Shown one piece after another: positions 20,257 through 28,912 of a stretch of DNA of 64,000 nt. Within the stretch, counting starts at the first letter, position 1. The number at the start of each line of letters is the position of its first letter. Origin of the DNA: Bryobacterales bacterium (GTDB taxonomy: Bacteria; Acidobacteriota; Terriglobia; Bryobacterales; Bryobacteraceae); assembly GCA_963761265.1 (NCBI GenBank), contig CAVXGM010000027.1, positions 1,138 to 65,137 of the forward strand. Direction: 5' to 3'. Both the position numbers and the translations under genes were made by a program. A model generated the notes under the pieces. That model made no database searches, was not told the origin of the DNA, and saw only the letters and a program-made list of their open reading frames with translations.

Positions 20257-21484
20257 GGACCAACAACAATCTCTGGTCTCGCGGTTAATGAAGGCCTGCG
20301 GCGGCTCCTATAGTCCCGAAGTCCGGCGAAAGTATTTTATATCGGGTCCGCAATGGGCCGCCGCTTACGATGGGAGCGCCCTGTTTCATGCTCCTACCAG
20401 GCCGCCGCTTGGATTTGAAGATGTCATCCGGCATTACGGGGAGATCGGCATCGGACATTGGTGCACGCACGATACCGATGTCATTCCCACGGATGCCTTG
20501 GGCACTCCCAAACAAGCCGAAATCCTCGAACGCATCCAGGCGGCGTTGCATAAATCCAACGTCCGATGTTCCATGGTGACCGCAGAGACCTTCCACCATG
20601 CGGTATGGGCCGCGGGCCCGGCCGCCGAATCCCCGCACGTACGCGAGTACGCGAAATTCAGGGTTCGCAACAATGTCGACATCGGCCACGAACTAGGCGC
20701 GAGCTTCGCCGTGTATTGGCCGGGTTCGCTCGGCTACTACGTGCAAGGCGCGGTAGAAGAAACCGAGACGCTGCGCTGGTATGCCGAAGCCTTGAACGCC
20801 GCGTGCGAACACGACATTCAAGTATCAGCCCGACAGGGCCGCTCGCCACTGAAGCACTGCCTGGAGGCCAAACCGTTCGAGCCCCAAGCCGAAATCCTTC
20901 TTCCCACCAGTGACGCCATGCTCGCATTTATTTCTTCCGGGCTTCTCACGCATCCGGAGATGGTGGGTTTGAATCCGGAATACCTGCACGAACTCATGTG
21001 GGGAGGCGCTCCCCGGGCGGCGCTGGCGCGCGCTCTTGTGGCCGGCAAACTCTTCCATTTCGACATTAACGACGGCTACCGGCTCAAGCACGACGTCGAT
21101 ATAGGAATCGGCCTGGTGAATCCGCTGGATTGGTTGAATGTCCTGGTCCTGCTGCGCAGCCACAACTACACTGGACCTTTCAATCTCGATTACAAGCCTC
21201 CGCGAACCACCAGCCAGTTCGGCGTGTTCCAGGTCAGCTTCCCTTCAGCCGTGGATCGCTTCATCACCCTGTGGGAAATGGCGGGCGAGGCCATCGCCGA
21301 TCCGGTGATCCAGGAGGCCACCGATGCGCTTAAAGCTGGAGCCGAATACTCCGGCGATCCTCGAGACGCCCAGGCCATTACAGCGGCGCATCGGGAACTC
21401 CTCACGCTGCACGAGTTGATCGCCCACCGGCTGGTTCAAATCTTGTGGGGAGCACACCAGGGCCGCGTGTTCTCGATCGATTGA
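20240..21484 (+). CDS. xylose-isomerase-like TIM-barrel protein (divergent)
   Basis: The pattern THDTDVIP, LEAKPFEP, LNPEYLHE, LFHFDINDG, KHDVDIGIG, FNLDYKPPRT parallels class-I XylA blocks but is clearly divergent. Transcribed divergently from aguA-xylB. Confidence 0.6.
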   Translation: MKPIPMDQQQSLVSRLMKACGGSYSPEVRRKYFISGPQWAAAYDGSALFHAPTRPPLGFEDVIRHYGEIGIGHWCTHDTDVIPTDALGTPKQAEILERIQAALHKSNVRCSMVTAETFHHAVWAAGPAAESPHVREYAKFRVRNNVDIGHELGASFAVYWPGSLGYYVQGAVEETETLRWYAEALNAACEHDIQVSARQGRSPLKHCLEAKPFEPQAEILLPTSDAMLAFISSGLLTHPEMVGLNPEYLHELMWGGAPRAALARALVAGKLFHFDINDGYRLKHDVDIGIGLVNPLDWLNVLVLLRSHNYTGPFNLDYKPPRTTSQFGVFQVSFPSAVDRFITLWEMAGEAIADPVIQEATDALKAGAEYSGDPRDAQAITAAHRELLTLHELIAHRLVQILWGAHQGRVFSID

Positions 21485-21503
21485 ATTGTTTATGTTCGAT
21501 CAG

Positions 21504-22820
21504 CTAGTTCACTAAGTCAGCCGAATGCAGGTCGATCAACTGGTTTGCTAGCCGGACGAATTGCCCCAGCGGGCAGTCGAAAGTGGCGTTTCCGACGCTG
21601 CAGTTGGGGATAAACACCGGCGCGATAGCAGGTGGCGCATCCAGGCTCAGTGCCGTTTGATTGCGAAGCTGGTCCAAAGTCTGGCCTATGTAAGAAGCCC
21701 GGATGATATACTCGCCGGTGCTCTGGGACTGACGCAGTTGGAAAACGAGAGCACCGCCGGGGCCGCAGAAGTCCGGCTGGTATCCCGGCAAAAGCCAGTC
21801 GATATGGAAGAGGCCGGCGAATCCGCAGACATTCACGTCGGAAGCAATCAAAACGACGATCTTGGTGGATGGAGTTCCCAGCGAGCCCGTCATCGCATTC
21901 CCGGTGGCCGACTGGACCAGCGTTCGAGCGATGTGCGAGGCCACGTTGGAACTTTGCAGGCGAGCCAGATAAGGCGTGCGGAATTCCAGATCAAGCACCA
22001 GGTTCAAAATGCGCGAGGTCTGGCTGACGCCACCGGCGTCTAACTGGCCCCATCCCGCCTGCAGCCCATCCGCATACTCCATAACGAAAGGTTCGACCAC
22101 ATTTTCAACCGCGGACAGCTCTCCCAGGTTGACCGGCGCACCGTTTGTTCCGGCGGTGACGGCGATGGGATTGGCGGCGAAGTCGGTGACATCGGTCACA
22201 TTTGCCGGCGGCAGAGGCGCCGGGGTGTCGCTCAGGGGATAGCCCAGCAGGACCGAGCGCGAGAGCGCGAACTCGGGGGCGTAGGCGGATACCAACGACT
22301 GCGGATTACTGCCGACTCGTCCCAGCACTGAATCGATCGCCATCTGCGAATTGAGTTGCGCGACGCCCGCGCCCACCGGATCGAATAGCGGGTCGCTGGC
22401 CGTGGAGGGAGTGAGGTATTGAACGTTCACTGGAGCTGCCGGGAGCATTCCGGCCCAGAGATGTTGCGCGGTGTCAACGGTTCGCTGGATGGCATTGGCA
22501 TGGAAAAAGACGAACTGGGCGTCGGCGGTGTCGTTGCCGGTGAGCAGTCCTTCCCGAGTCAGCCATTGGCGATAGTATCCGCCGAGAATGGTTTCGAGCT
22601 GTTCCCCGTGGGGCGTGAGAATGCCCGCCGCAACGTGGAAATCCGGGAATTGTTGCGCCGAATATTGGTCGAGATAACTGTTCGGTGCGACAGCAGCCCG
22701 AACGCTGTGACGGCCGAAGATGATCACCTGTTTGAGCTGGGTATCGTCGATGCCCTGAGCCGGCAGCCGGGATGCGCAGGCGAGCGCCAAAAGGAAGAGG
22801 CGGAGAAATTGAATTTTCAT
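21504..22820 (-). CDS. histidine acid phosphatase family protein (branch 2), paralog 1
   Basis: Signal peptide from the ATG at 22820. IIFGRHSVRAA (RHxxR). ASDVN occupies the place of the usual GHDTN block. Confidence 0.7.
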   Translation of the reverse strand: MKIQFLRLFLLALACASRLPAQGIDDTQLKQVIIFGRHSVRAAVAPNSYLDQYSAQQFPDFHVAAGILTPHGEQLETILGGYYRQWLTREGLLTGNDTADAQFVFFHANAIQRTVDTAQHLWAGMLPAAPVNVQYLTPSTASDPLFDPVGAGVAQLNSQMAIDSVLGRVGSNPQSLVSAYAPEFALSRSVLLGYPLSDTPAPLPPANVTDVTDFAANPIAVTAGTNGAPVNLGELSAVENVVEPFVMEYADGLQAGWGQLDAGGVSQTSRILNLVLDLEFRTPYLARLQSSNVASHIARTLVQSATGNAMTGSLGTPSTKIVVLIASDVNVCGFAGLFHIDWLLPGYQPDFCGPGGALVFQLRQSQSTGEYIIRASYIGQTLDQLRNQTALSLDAPPAIAPVFIPNCSVGNATFDCPLGQFVRLANQLIDLHSADLVN

Positions 22821-22831
22821 GGCTCGATCAC

Positions 22832-24181
22832 CTAGTTGACTAAGTCCGCTGATTGCGGGTCGATCACCTGGTTTGCTACCCGCACAAATTTCCCCAGTGG
22901 GCAGTCGAAGGTAGCGTTGCCGGCACTGCAGCCGGGGACGAACACCGGAGCGATGGCCGGCGGCGCGGCGAGCGTCAACGGGGTGAGATTGCGAAGCTGG
23001 TCCATCGTCTGCGCGATGTAGGCCACCCGAACGATGTACTCGCCGGTGCTCTGCGATTGGCGAAGTTCGAACACCAGGGCGCCGCTCGGAGCGGCAACGT
23101 CGGCTTCGTAACTGGGCAAAAGCCAATCGAGATGGAGCAGGCCCGCAAGGCCGGTGATATTGGTGTTCGAAGCGATCAACGCGATCACCTTGGTGGCCGG
23201 ACTGGCCAGCGCGCCAGGCGTTTGATTTCCGGTGGCTGCCTGCACCAGGGAGCGCACGATGTGGGAAGCTACGTTGGAACTCTGCACGCGTGCCAGATAA
23301 GGTGTGCGGAATTCCAGATCGAGAAGCAGGTCGTACAAGCGAAAGGTCTGGCTGATGCTTCCGGCGTCTAACTGGCCCCAGCCGACATCCGCCACCGGCA
23401 ATCCATCCGCATACTCCATGACGAACGGGTCGGTGGCGGCGATCACATCGGTCAGCCCTCCGATGCTCACGGGTAAAGTGGAATCTCCGGGCGCAATGGT
23501 GATGGGACTGGCGGTGACGTCCAGCTTGGGTGCCGGGCCGCCGGGCGGCGGAACCTCGCTGACGGGATAGCCGAACAAAACCGAGCGCGTGAGGGCAAGT
23601 TCAGGGGCGTAAGCGAAGCCCAGCGCCTGTGGATTGCCTCCGAGGCGCCCGTTCACGGCCGCCACCGCCAGACGGTAGTTGAGCAGCGCGACGCCCGCGT
23701 CTACCGGATCGAACAGTGGATCGCTACCCGTTGACACCACATTCACGTTCGGCGCGCCGGCCGCCGGGAACAGGCCGGTCCAGAAAGCTTTGGCGGTGTC
23801 GGTGATCAGCGGCGTGTTGTTGGCCCGGAAGTATGCGAAGTTGGCGTCGGCCGAATCGTTTCCGGTCAGCAGGTTCTCCTGCCTGAGCCAGAGGCGGAAA
23901 TAGCCGCCGAGGATGGTCTCATCCGTGCCACCGTTGGGAGTCAGGACGCCAACGCCCAACGGCGGACCACCCGGAACATTCGGGAACACCGGGAATGCCT
24001 GTGCCGAAAAAACGTCGAGGCTGCGGTTCGGCAAAATCGGAGTTCGCACACCATGACGGCCGAAAATGATCACCTGCTTGAGCTCGGTATCATCAACCGG
24101 CTGAGCCGGGGCTGGCTTCGCCGCGGGGAACCAGACGCAGACCAGCGCTAAAGTGAAGAGCCGAAGGGGATGAATCTTCAT
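22832..24181 (-). CDS. histidine acid phosphatase family protein (branch 2), paralog 2
   Basis: Signal peptide from the ATG at 24181. Canonical FGRHGVRTP. ASNTN occupies the place of GHDTN. Colinear with paralog 1, with an 11-nt gap between them. Confidence 0.75.
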   Translation of the reverse strand: MKIHPLRLFTLALVCVWFPAAKPAPAQPVDDTELKQVIIFGRHGVRTPILPNRSLDVFSAQAFPVFPNVPGGPPLGVGVLTPNGGTDETILGGYFRLWLRQENLLTGNDSADANFAYFRANNTPLITDTAKAFWTGLFPAAGAPNVNVVSTGSDPLFDPVDAGVALLNYRLAVAAVNGRLGGNPQALGFAYAPELALTRSVLFGYPVSEVPPPGGPAPKLDVTASPITIAPGDSTLPVSIGGLTDVIAATDPFVMEYADGLPVADVGWGQLDAGSISQTFRLYDLLLDLEFRTPYLARVQSSNVASHIVRSLVQAATGNQTPGALASPATKVIALIASNTNITGLAGLLHLDWLLPSYEADVAAPSGALVFELRQSQSTGEYIVRVAYIAQTMDQLRNLTPLTLAAPPAIAPVFVPGCSAGNATFDCPLGKFVRVANQVIDPQSADLVN

Positions 24182-24333
24182 ATTCACAAAACCGGAGTGC
24201 CAGCGGTTGGATTTTGCTCTCAGAGATTTCTCGTGCTCAAGGCGCTCACTCATCACGCCAGGCCGGCGACGAACGCCGGAGCTCGCCCGGGGTGCATTAC
24301 CATTGAAAAGCTGAGATCAGCAGAGGAATTCAA

Positions 24334-25917
24334 ATGCCTGAAAGCTACGACATTATCTCGATCGGGTCCGGCCACAACGGACTGGTTGCCGCGGCGTACA
24401 TGGCTGTCGCGGGCAAGAAGGTTCTGGTTCTGGAGCGCAATGAATGGTTCGGCGGCGGCGTGGTGACCGCCGAACTTACCGGACCCGGATACCTGCACGA
24501 CCGCTTCAGCACCGGGCACATTTTCATCCAAGCCAACCCGCTGATCAAGAACGATGAGTTGAAGCTGCTCTCGCGCTTCGGCCTCAAATACCTTTACCCG
24601 GACGTTCCGTTCCTGTGCGTTTTCGAAGACGGATCCACCATCGGCTTGCATCGCGACCGGAATAAGACTTACCAGGAGATCGCGAAATATTCAAAGAAGG
24701 ACGCCGACGCGTTCCTCAAATTCGCCGAGACGGCCATGCGCTATCTTCCGATGCTCTCGGCGTCGCTCTACACGCCGCCCATTCCGCTGGGCGCCATGTT
24801 CGCCATGCTCGATCAGAGCGCCGAAGGCCGCGAGCTGTTCGCCTACATGCAGAAAAGCCCGTACGACATCATCGTCGAGAACTTCGAGCACGAGAAAGTC
24901 CAGCTGTTTTTCACGCGCATGGTCGGGCGAAAACCTCACGGGGCCGGAGGAAAAAGGCACCGGGGTCGGCATCTTCGTTTTTCTCGGTTTCATGGAGCAG
25001 TACGGCATCGGCGTAGCGGTCGGCGGGAGCGGTTCGCTGACGGCTTCGCTGATCCGGTGCATCCAGGCCCACGGCGGCAAGGTGATCAATAACACTTCGG
25101 TGGATCAGGTTCTGGTCAAGAACGGACGAGCGGCCGGCGTATCGGCAAACGGAACCGAATATGCAGCCAAGGATGCGGTGATCGGTGCCATCCATCCGCA
25201 CTTGCTGCGCCGCCTGGTCCCAGGAGTCGAACGAGACTGTCGCCAGGGCCGCGGAGCGCGTGGAGGTTTCGGCAAATTCCTGCTTCACGGTTCACGCAGC
25301 CTTGAATCAGCCGCTTCGGTTCAAGGCCGGGCCGCACGCCAACCACGCCTACTTCACCGAATTGATGCCCGCGAGTATGAAAGTTTTGCGGCAGTATTTC
25401 GACGCACTGCGCTATGGGCGCATGCCCGATACGTCGCTGCTTGGCTTGACCTCCCCGTCAACATTCGATACCACGCGCTGCCCTCCGGGCAAGGCCACGC
25501 TGCACGTCTGGGATTACGTGCCCTACGCGCATCCCGATGGCGGACCCGAGCATTGGGATCAAGCCAAGGACGCATTCGCGCAGACCATGCTCTCCCGCAT
25601 GCAGCCATTTATTGACAACCTCACGCCGGAGAACATCATTCGAGTACGTGGCGGATAGTCCGCTGGATATCGAGCGGTCCTCGCCAAGCTTCCAGAAGGG
25701 CGACGTCCACGGCGCCGCGCCGTACATCTATCAGTCTGGCGCGCACCGTCCTACGCCCGATCTGGGCCGCAACACCGTACCCGGCGTGGAGCGGCTGTAT
25801 TTAGTCGGGCCGTTCCAACATCCCGGCGGCGGAGTATTCGGCGCGGGCCGCGCGACGGCCATGAAAATGTGCGAAGACATGAAAATCGATTTCGATAAGA
25901 TTGGCCGCAAGCGATGA
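24334..25917 (+). pseudogene. FAD-dependent oxidoreductase (phytoene-desaturase/CrtI-like), at least 3 frameshifts
   Basis: Dinucleotide-binding fingerprint IISIGSGHNGLVAAAY. The protein text runs through ORFs 24334.., 24992.., 25185.. and 25537.., with breaks at ~24926, ~25215 and ~25641. Confidence 0.75.
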
Positions 25918-26120
25918 TGAAGATCTACGGGCAGGACAACAGCGAGTTGATGCAGGTGACGTTGCTGGAGCGGGATGGCAACGTGCTGGTGATCAAGGGA
26001 AAAGTGTTCGGCTCCATGCCGATGACGGCGAAGCTGACCCCGCAAGAGGGACGAAATGCTCTCAAGCTTTTGAATTTCAAACTCGTGGCGTTCCTGCTGA
26101 CGTTCCTGTTCCGCAGGTAG
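25914..26120 (+). CDS. small hypothetical protein with a C-terminal hydrophobic tail
   Basis: The start overlaps the preceding stop (ATGATGA). 68 aa. No motif recognised. Confidence 0.4.
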   Translation: MMKIYGQDNSELMQVTLLERDGNVLVIKGKVFGSMPMTAKLTPQEGRNALKLLNFKLVAFLLTFLFRR

Positions 26121-26146
26121 CGCAACCCTGTGACCACGCTAAGCGA

Positions 26147-26662
26147 TTACGGGCGGAACGGATCGGGGGGCGAAGGTGGACGATGATGGCGGTGGATGCC
26201 GGATGAGGGCGGAAAGTCTTTTTCGTCTAACATTCGCTTGTAAATGGCAAGATGGTCCTTATTCAGGCGGTATATCATGCGTCCAAAAATCTTCTGCGTC
26301 GTCATGATCTGCCCGTTGGTGTCGAAGTCAAGATTCTCGAGCAGGGGGTATACCGTGTCGGCCGCCCCGTCCACCGTTCCGCCCCGGGCTTGGTAAGTCT
26401 TGATCGCGTAATGCGTTTCCGGGCCGAATTTGCTGTCCGTTTTGAGAAGCGCAAGATCCGGAGACTCCCATCCTCCTGTTGGGCGCTGCGTCCGCTTTCG
26501 CCCGTCCGTCAGGCCGAGCTGGCGCATTACGCGGTTCAGCAGCACCTGAATCAGCAATACGTCATCACGCATGTTGGTGCGGCCACAGCCCACCGACTGA
26601 TCCAGATCCCAGATCCAGACCGGCCGCATCATGAATTTCGGCATGTTGGTAATCCGTGCCAT
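26147..26662 (-). CDS. hypothetical protein with a peptidoglycan-binding-like (PG_binding_1-type) helical domain
   Basis: DDVLLIQVLLNRV...LKTDSKFGPETHYAIKTYQ resembles the D.V..LQ..L......DG.FG..T..AV..FQ repeat. Confidence 0.55.
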   Translation of the reverse strand: MARITNMPKFMMRPVWIWDLDQSVGCGRTNMRDDVLLIQVLLNRVMRQLGLTDGRKRTQRPTGGWESPDLALLKTDSKFGPETHYAIKTYQARGGTVDGAADTVYPLLENLDFDTNGQIMTTQKIFGRMIYRLNKDHLAIYKRMLDEKDFPPSSGIHRHHRPPSPPDPFRP

Positions 26663-26685
26663 TTCGAGCCCCCATTCTCAGTGGA

Positions 26686-26722
26686 TGGAGACGCGGGGCT
26701 TTGCCGGATATTCCCTCAGGCC
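26686..26722 (-). promoter_or_regulatory. ECF-type promoter candidate (GGAAT-N16-CGTC) for 26147..26662
   Basis: Minus strand reads GGCCTGAGGGAATATCCGGCAAAGCCCCGCGTCTCCA. The -10 CGTC ends ~24 nt before the start codon. 33 of 37 positions are identical to the copy at 27969-28005. Confidence 0.45.
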
Positions 26723-26896
26723 CCAGAAATAGAACTCGTCCGCGGTTCCCTGTTCTATCCGGCCATGCGCGCGGACGTTGTTTCGCGTTTGTTCCCATGG
26801 ACTGCTGCCGCGCGTGCTTGGCAGCCGACCCGACGGCGATCCGAGCCGGATAGTGAAGGGCCTGAGCTCAAGCGGCCGAAGTAGCCGCCCTGGCCA

Positions 26897-27901
26897 CTAA
26901 CCGCGCATTCCGTTCACGCGACGATCTTCTATGGCTGTGAAATTCGTCAGGCTGCGCACGTTGTCGGCATCCACTGCCCCGGGCCTGACCCCGGATATCT
27001 TAGCGATAATGTCGCTTTCGTTTCCTTCCACCTGTTCGGCGATTTGCTCGCCTCCGAAACTACTGAATGCCAGCGGCGGCGTGGGGTGCCGGTAGGCGTA
27101 CGCCGAATATGGATACCCCACAGGAAAGCCGAGCTTGTGTTTCAGAAGCAGCGCGGGATTCCGCTGCGCCGCCTGCAGGTTCTGCTCCAGCGCATAGCCC
27201 TGGCACGCGGCGCAATTCCGCATGAATTCGGTGGGATTGGAATGATGCTGCGACTGCCAGACGTGCGCCAATTCGTGCACCACGGTATCTTCTTTGGGGG
27301 CCCGTCCCAGATTCATCACCTGGACGTACCCGGTTGGAATGCCCGGAACGCCGCCCGGTATTAGCACGGCTACGGTAAACGGACGGTCCTGCAATCCGGT
27401 TTGGTCGGTGATGAAGATGCGCGAGAAGTCCAGGCTGGTGCCGTAGATCCGCGTCACTCGGGATGTCACGAAGGCGGATGCAGTCAGCAACCGGATGTGG
27501 TTCGCGGGGTTTAAGGAGGCCACGTTGAAGGAGGGAGCGCTGAAGGAACCTACGGTCATTCCAACCGCCATGGAGGGCCTGGGTTGCCGGGCCGAATCCG
27601 CCATGAACCTCTGCGCCAGCGCAACGCCTTTCGCCTGGTTGGACATGTCGCCGGTGCCGCAGCAAACCACGGGCTGATCTGGAGTATCGGCCGGGTCCAG
27701 GACTCCCCAGGTTTTCGGGCCGGCGATGCCGTCGTCCGTCAAGTCGTTCTGCTCTTGGAACTCCTCAACACGCGCCAGCGTCTTGGAACCGAAGATTCCG
27801 TCGGCGTTCAATAGCGGCAGCTCGGAGCAGAAGCTGTTGAGCGCCTGCTGGAGTTGGACCACGTCGGGTCCGCGCGAACCTGCAGACAAAGTTGGATGCA
27901 T
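26897..27901 (-). CDS. peptidoglycan-binding domain + HExxH zincin-like domain protein
   Basis: N-terminal GPDVVQLQQALN...DGIFGSKTLARVEEFQ (PG_binding_1-like). Later VVHELAHVWQSQ, an HExxHxxQ motif of the kind seen in DUF4157-type zincins. No signal peptide seen. Confidence 0.65.
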   Translation of the reverse strand: MHPTLSAGSRGPDVVQLQQALNSFCSELPLLNADGIFGSKTLARVEEFQEQNDLTDDGIAGPKTWGVLDPADTPDQPVVCCGTGDMSNQAKGVALAQRFMADSARQPRPSMAVGMTVGSFSAPSFNVASLNPANHIRLLTASAFVTSRVTRIYGTSLDFSRIFITDQTGLQDRPFTVAVLIPGGVPGIPTGYVQVMNLGRAPKEDTVVHELAHVWQSQHHSNPTEFMRNCAACQGYALEQNLQAAQRNPALLLKHKLGFPVGYPYSAYAYRHPTPPLAFSSFGGEQIAEQVEGNESDIIAKISGVRPGAVDADNVRSLTNFTAIEDRRVNGMRG

Positions 27902-27968
27902 TCACCCTCCGAATTGTCGACCTGTCAAGCCGCCGGGCGAAAGCCCCGATCGAACGCTTGTCAGTGAT

Positions 27969-28005
27969 TGGAGACGCGGGGATTCGCCAGATATTCCCTC
28001 AGGCA
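27969..28005 (-). promoter_or_regulatory. ECF-type promoter candidate (GGAAT-N16-CGTC) for 26897..27901
   Basis: Minus strand reads TGCCTGAGGGAATATCTGGCGAATCCCCGCGTCTCCA, ~70 nt upstream of the start at 27901. Confidence 0.45.
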
Positions 28006-28110
28006 CTGGAAAAAGAGCTACGCGACTCTGGTCGTCCAAATCGCATATCGCAAAGCCCGTTTCTTTTTGCCAGAATGTCCGTGAGGGATTGGTATTTTTC
28101 CCGGAGCGCG

Positions 28111-28830
28111 ATGCGCATCGCAATCGTATCCGACATCCACGGCAACCGAACCGCGTTTGAGGCCGTGCTGGCCGACCTACGGCAGACTTCTCCCGATTTG
28201 ATCTTCCACGGCGGCGATCTGCCGCACGGCGGAGCCAGTCCCGCGGATGTTGTCGACCGTATTCGCGATCTCGGATGGCCGGGCGTCGTCGGCAATACGG
28301 ACGAAATGCTTTGGAAACCGGAAAGCCTCACGGAGCTTGCGGATCAAATGCCCGATCTCAAAGCCATGTGGGACGCCATTCAGGAGATGGCCGCGGCCAC
28401 CTGTGAAGCGCTCGGAGAAGACCGGCTCGCCTGGCTGCGCACTCTTCCGCGCCGGCAAGTTCACGGACCGATGGCGCTGGTGCATGCCAGCCCCGAAAGC
28501 CATTGGCAAGCGCCCAGCCCAGAAGCGAGCGACGCCGAATTGCAATCGGTCTATTCGCCGCTCGGCTCGCCGGTTGCAATTTACGGGCACATTCATCGCT
28601 CCTACATTCGGAGCGTCGCGGGAATCACCGTCGCGAACACCGGCAGTGTCAGCCTCTCTTACGATGGCGACCAGCGCGCCGCGTACCTGTTGCTGGATGA
28701 TTCCAAGCCATCCATCCGTCGCGTGGAGTATGACGTAGACCGCGAATTGAAGGCCCTTGCCTGCTGTGGCTTGCCGCACGGTGATTGGATCGCAAAGATT
28801 CTCCAGACCGCCAGTCCGCAAATGCCATAA
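28111..28830 (+). CDS. metallophosphoesterase (YfcE/MJ0936-like)
   Basis: MRIAIVSDIHGN, HGGDL, GNTD, YGHIH motifs. The ATG at 28111 lies inside the longer track ORF. Confidence 0.8.
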   Translation: MRIAIVSDIHGNRTAFEAVLADLRQTSPDLIFHGGDLPHGGASPADVVDRIRDLGWPGVVGNTDEMLWKPESLTELADQMPDLKAMWDAIQEMAAATCEALGEDRLAWLRTLPRRQVHGPMALVHASPESHWQAPSPEASDAELQSVYSPLGSPVAIYGHIHRSYIRSVAGITVANTGSVSLSYDGDQRAAYLLLDDSKPSIRRVEYDVDRELKALACCGLPHGDWIAKILQTASPQMP

Positions 28831-28912
28831 GCCGCGGAGCGGGGTTGCATGCAAGTATTTGATTGAAGAGCCTGCGAGGTTATAAACTAGGCCTTCGTCA
28901 ACATGAGGACAC

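Noticed and set aside
26686-28005. Reading the duplicated upstream element as a sigma-54 promoter (GG-N10-GC)
   Set aside because: The GG and GC dinucleotides are one position off the canonical spacing, and the TGGCAC/TTGC flanks are missing. The GGAAT-N16-CGTC reading fits both copies exactly.
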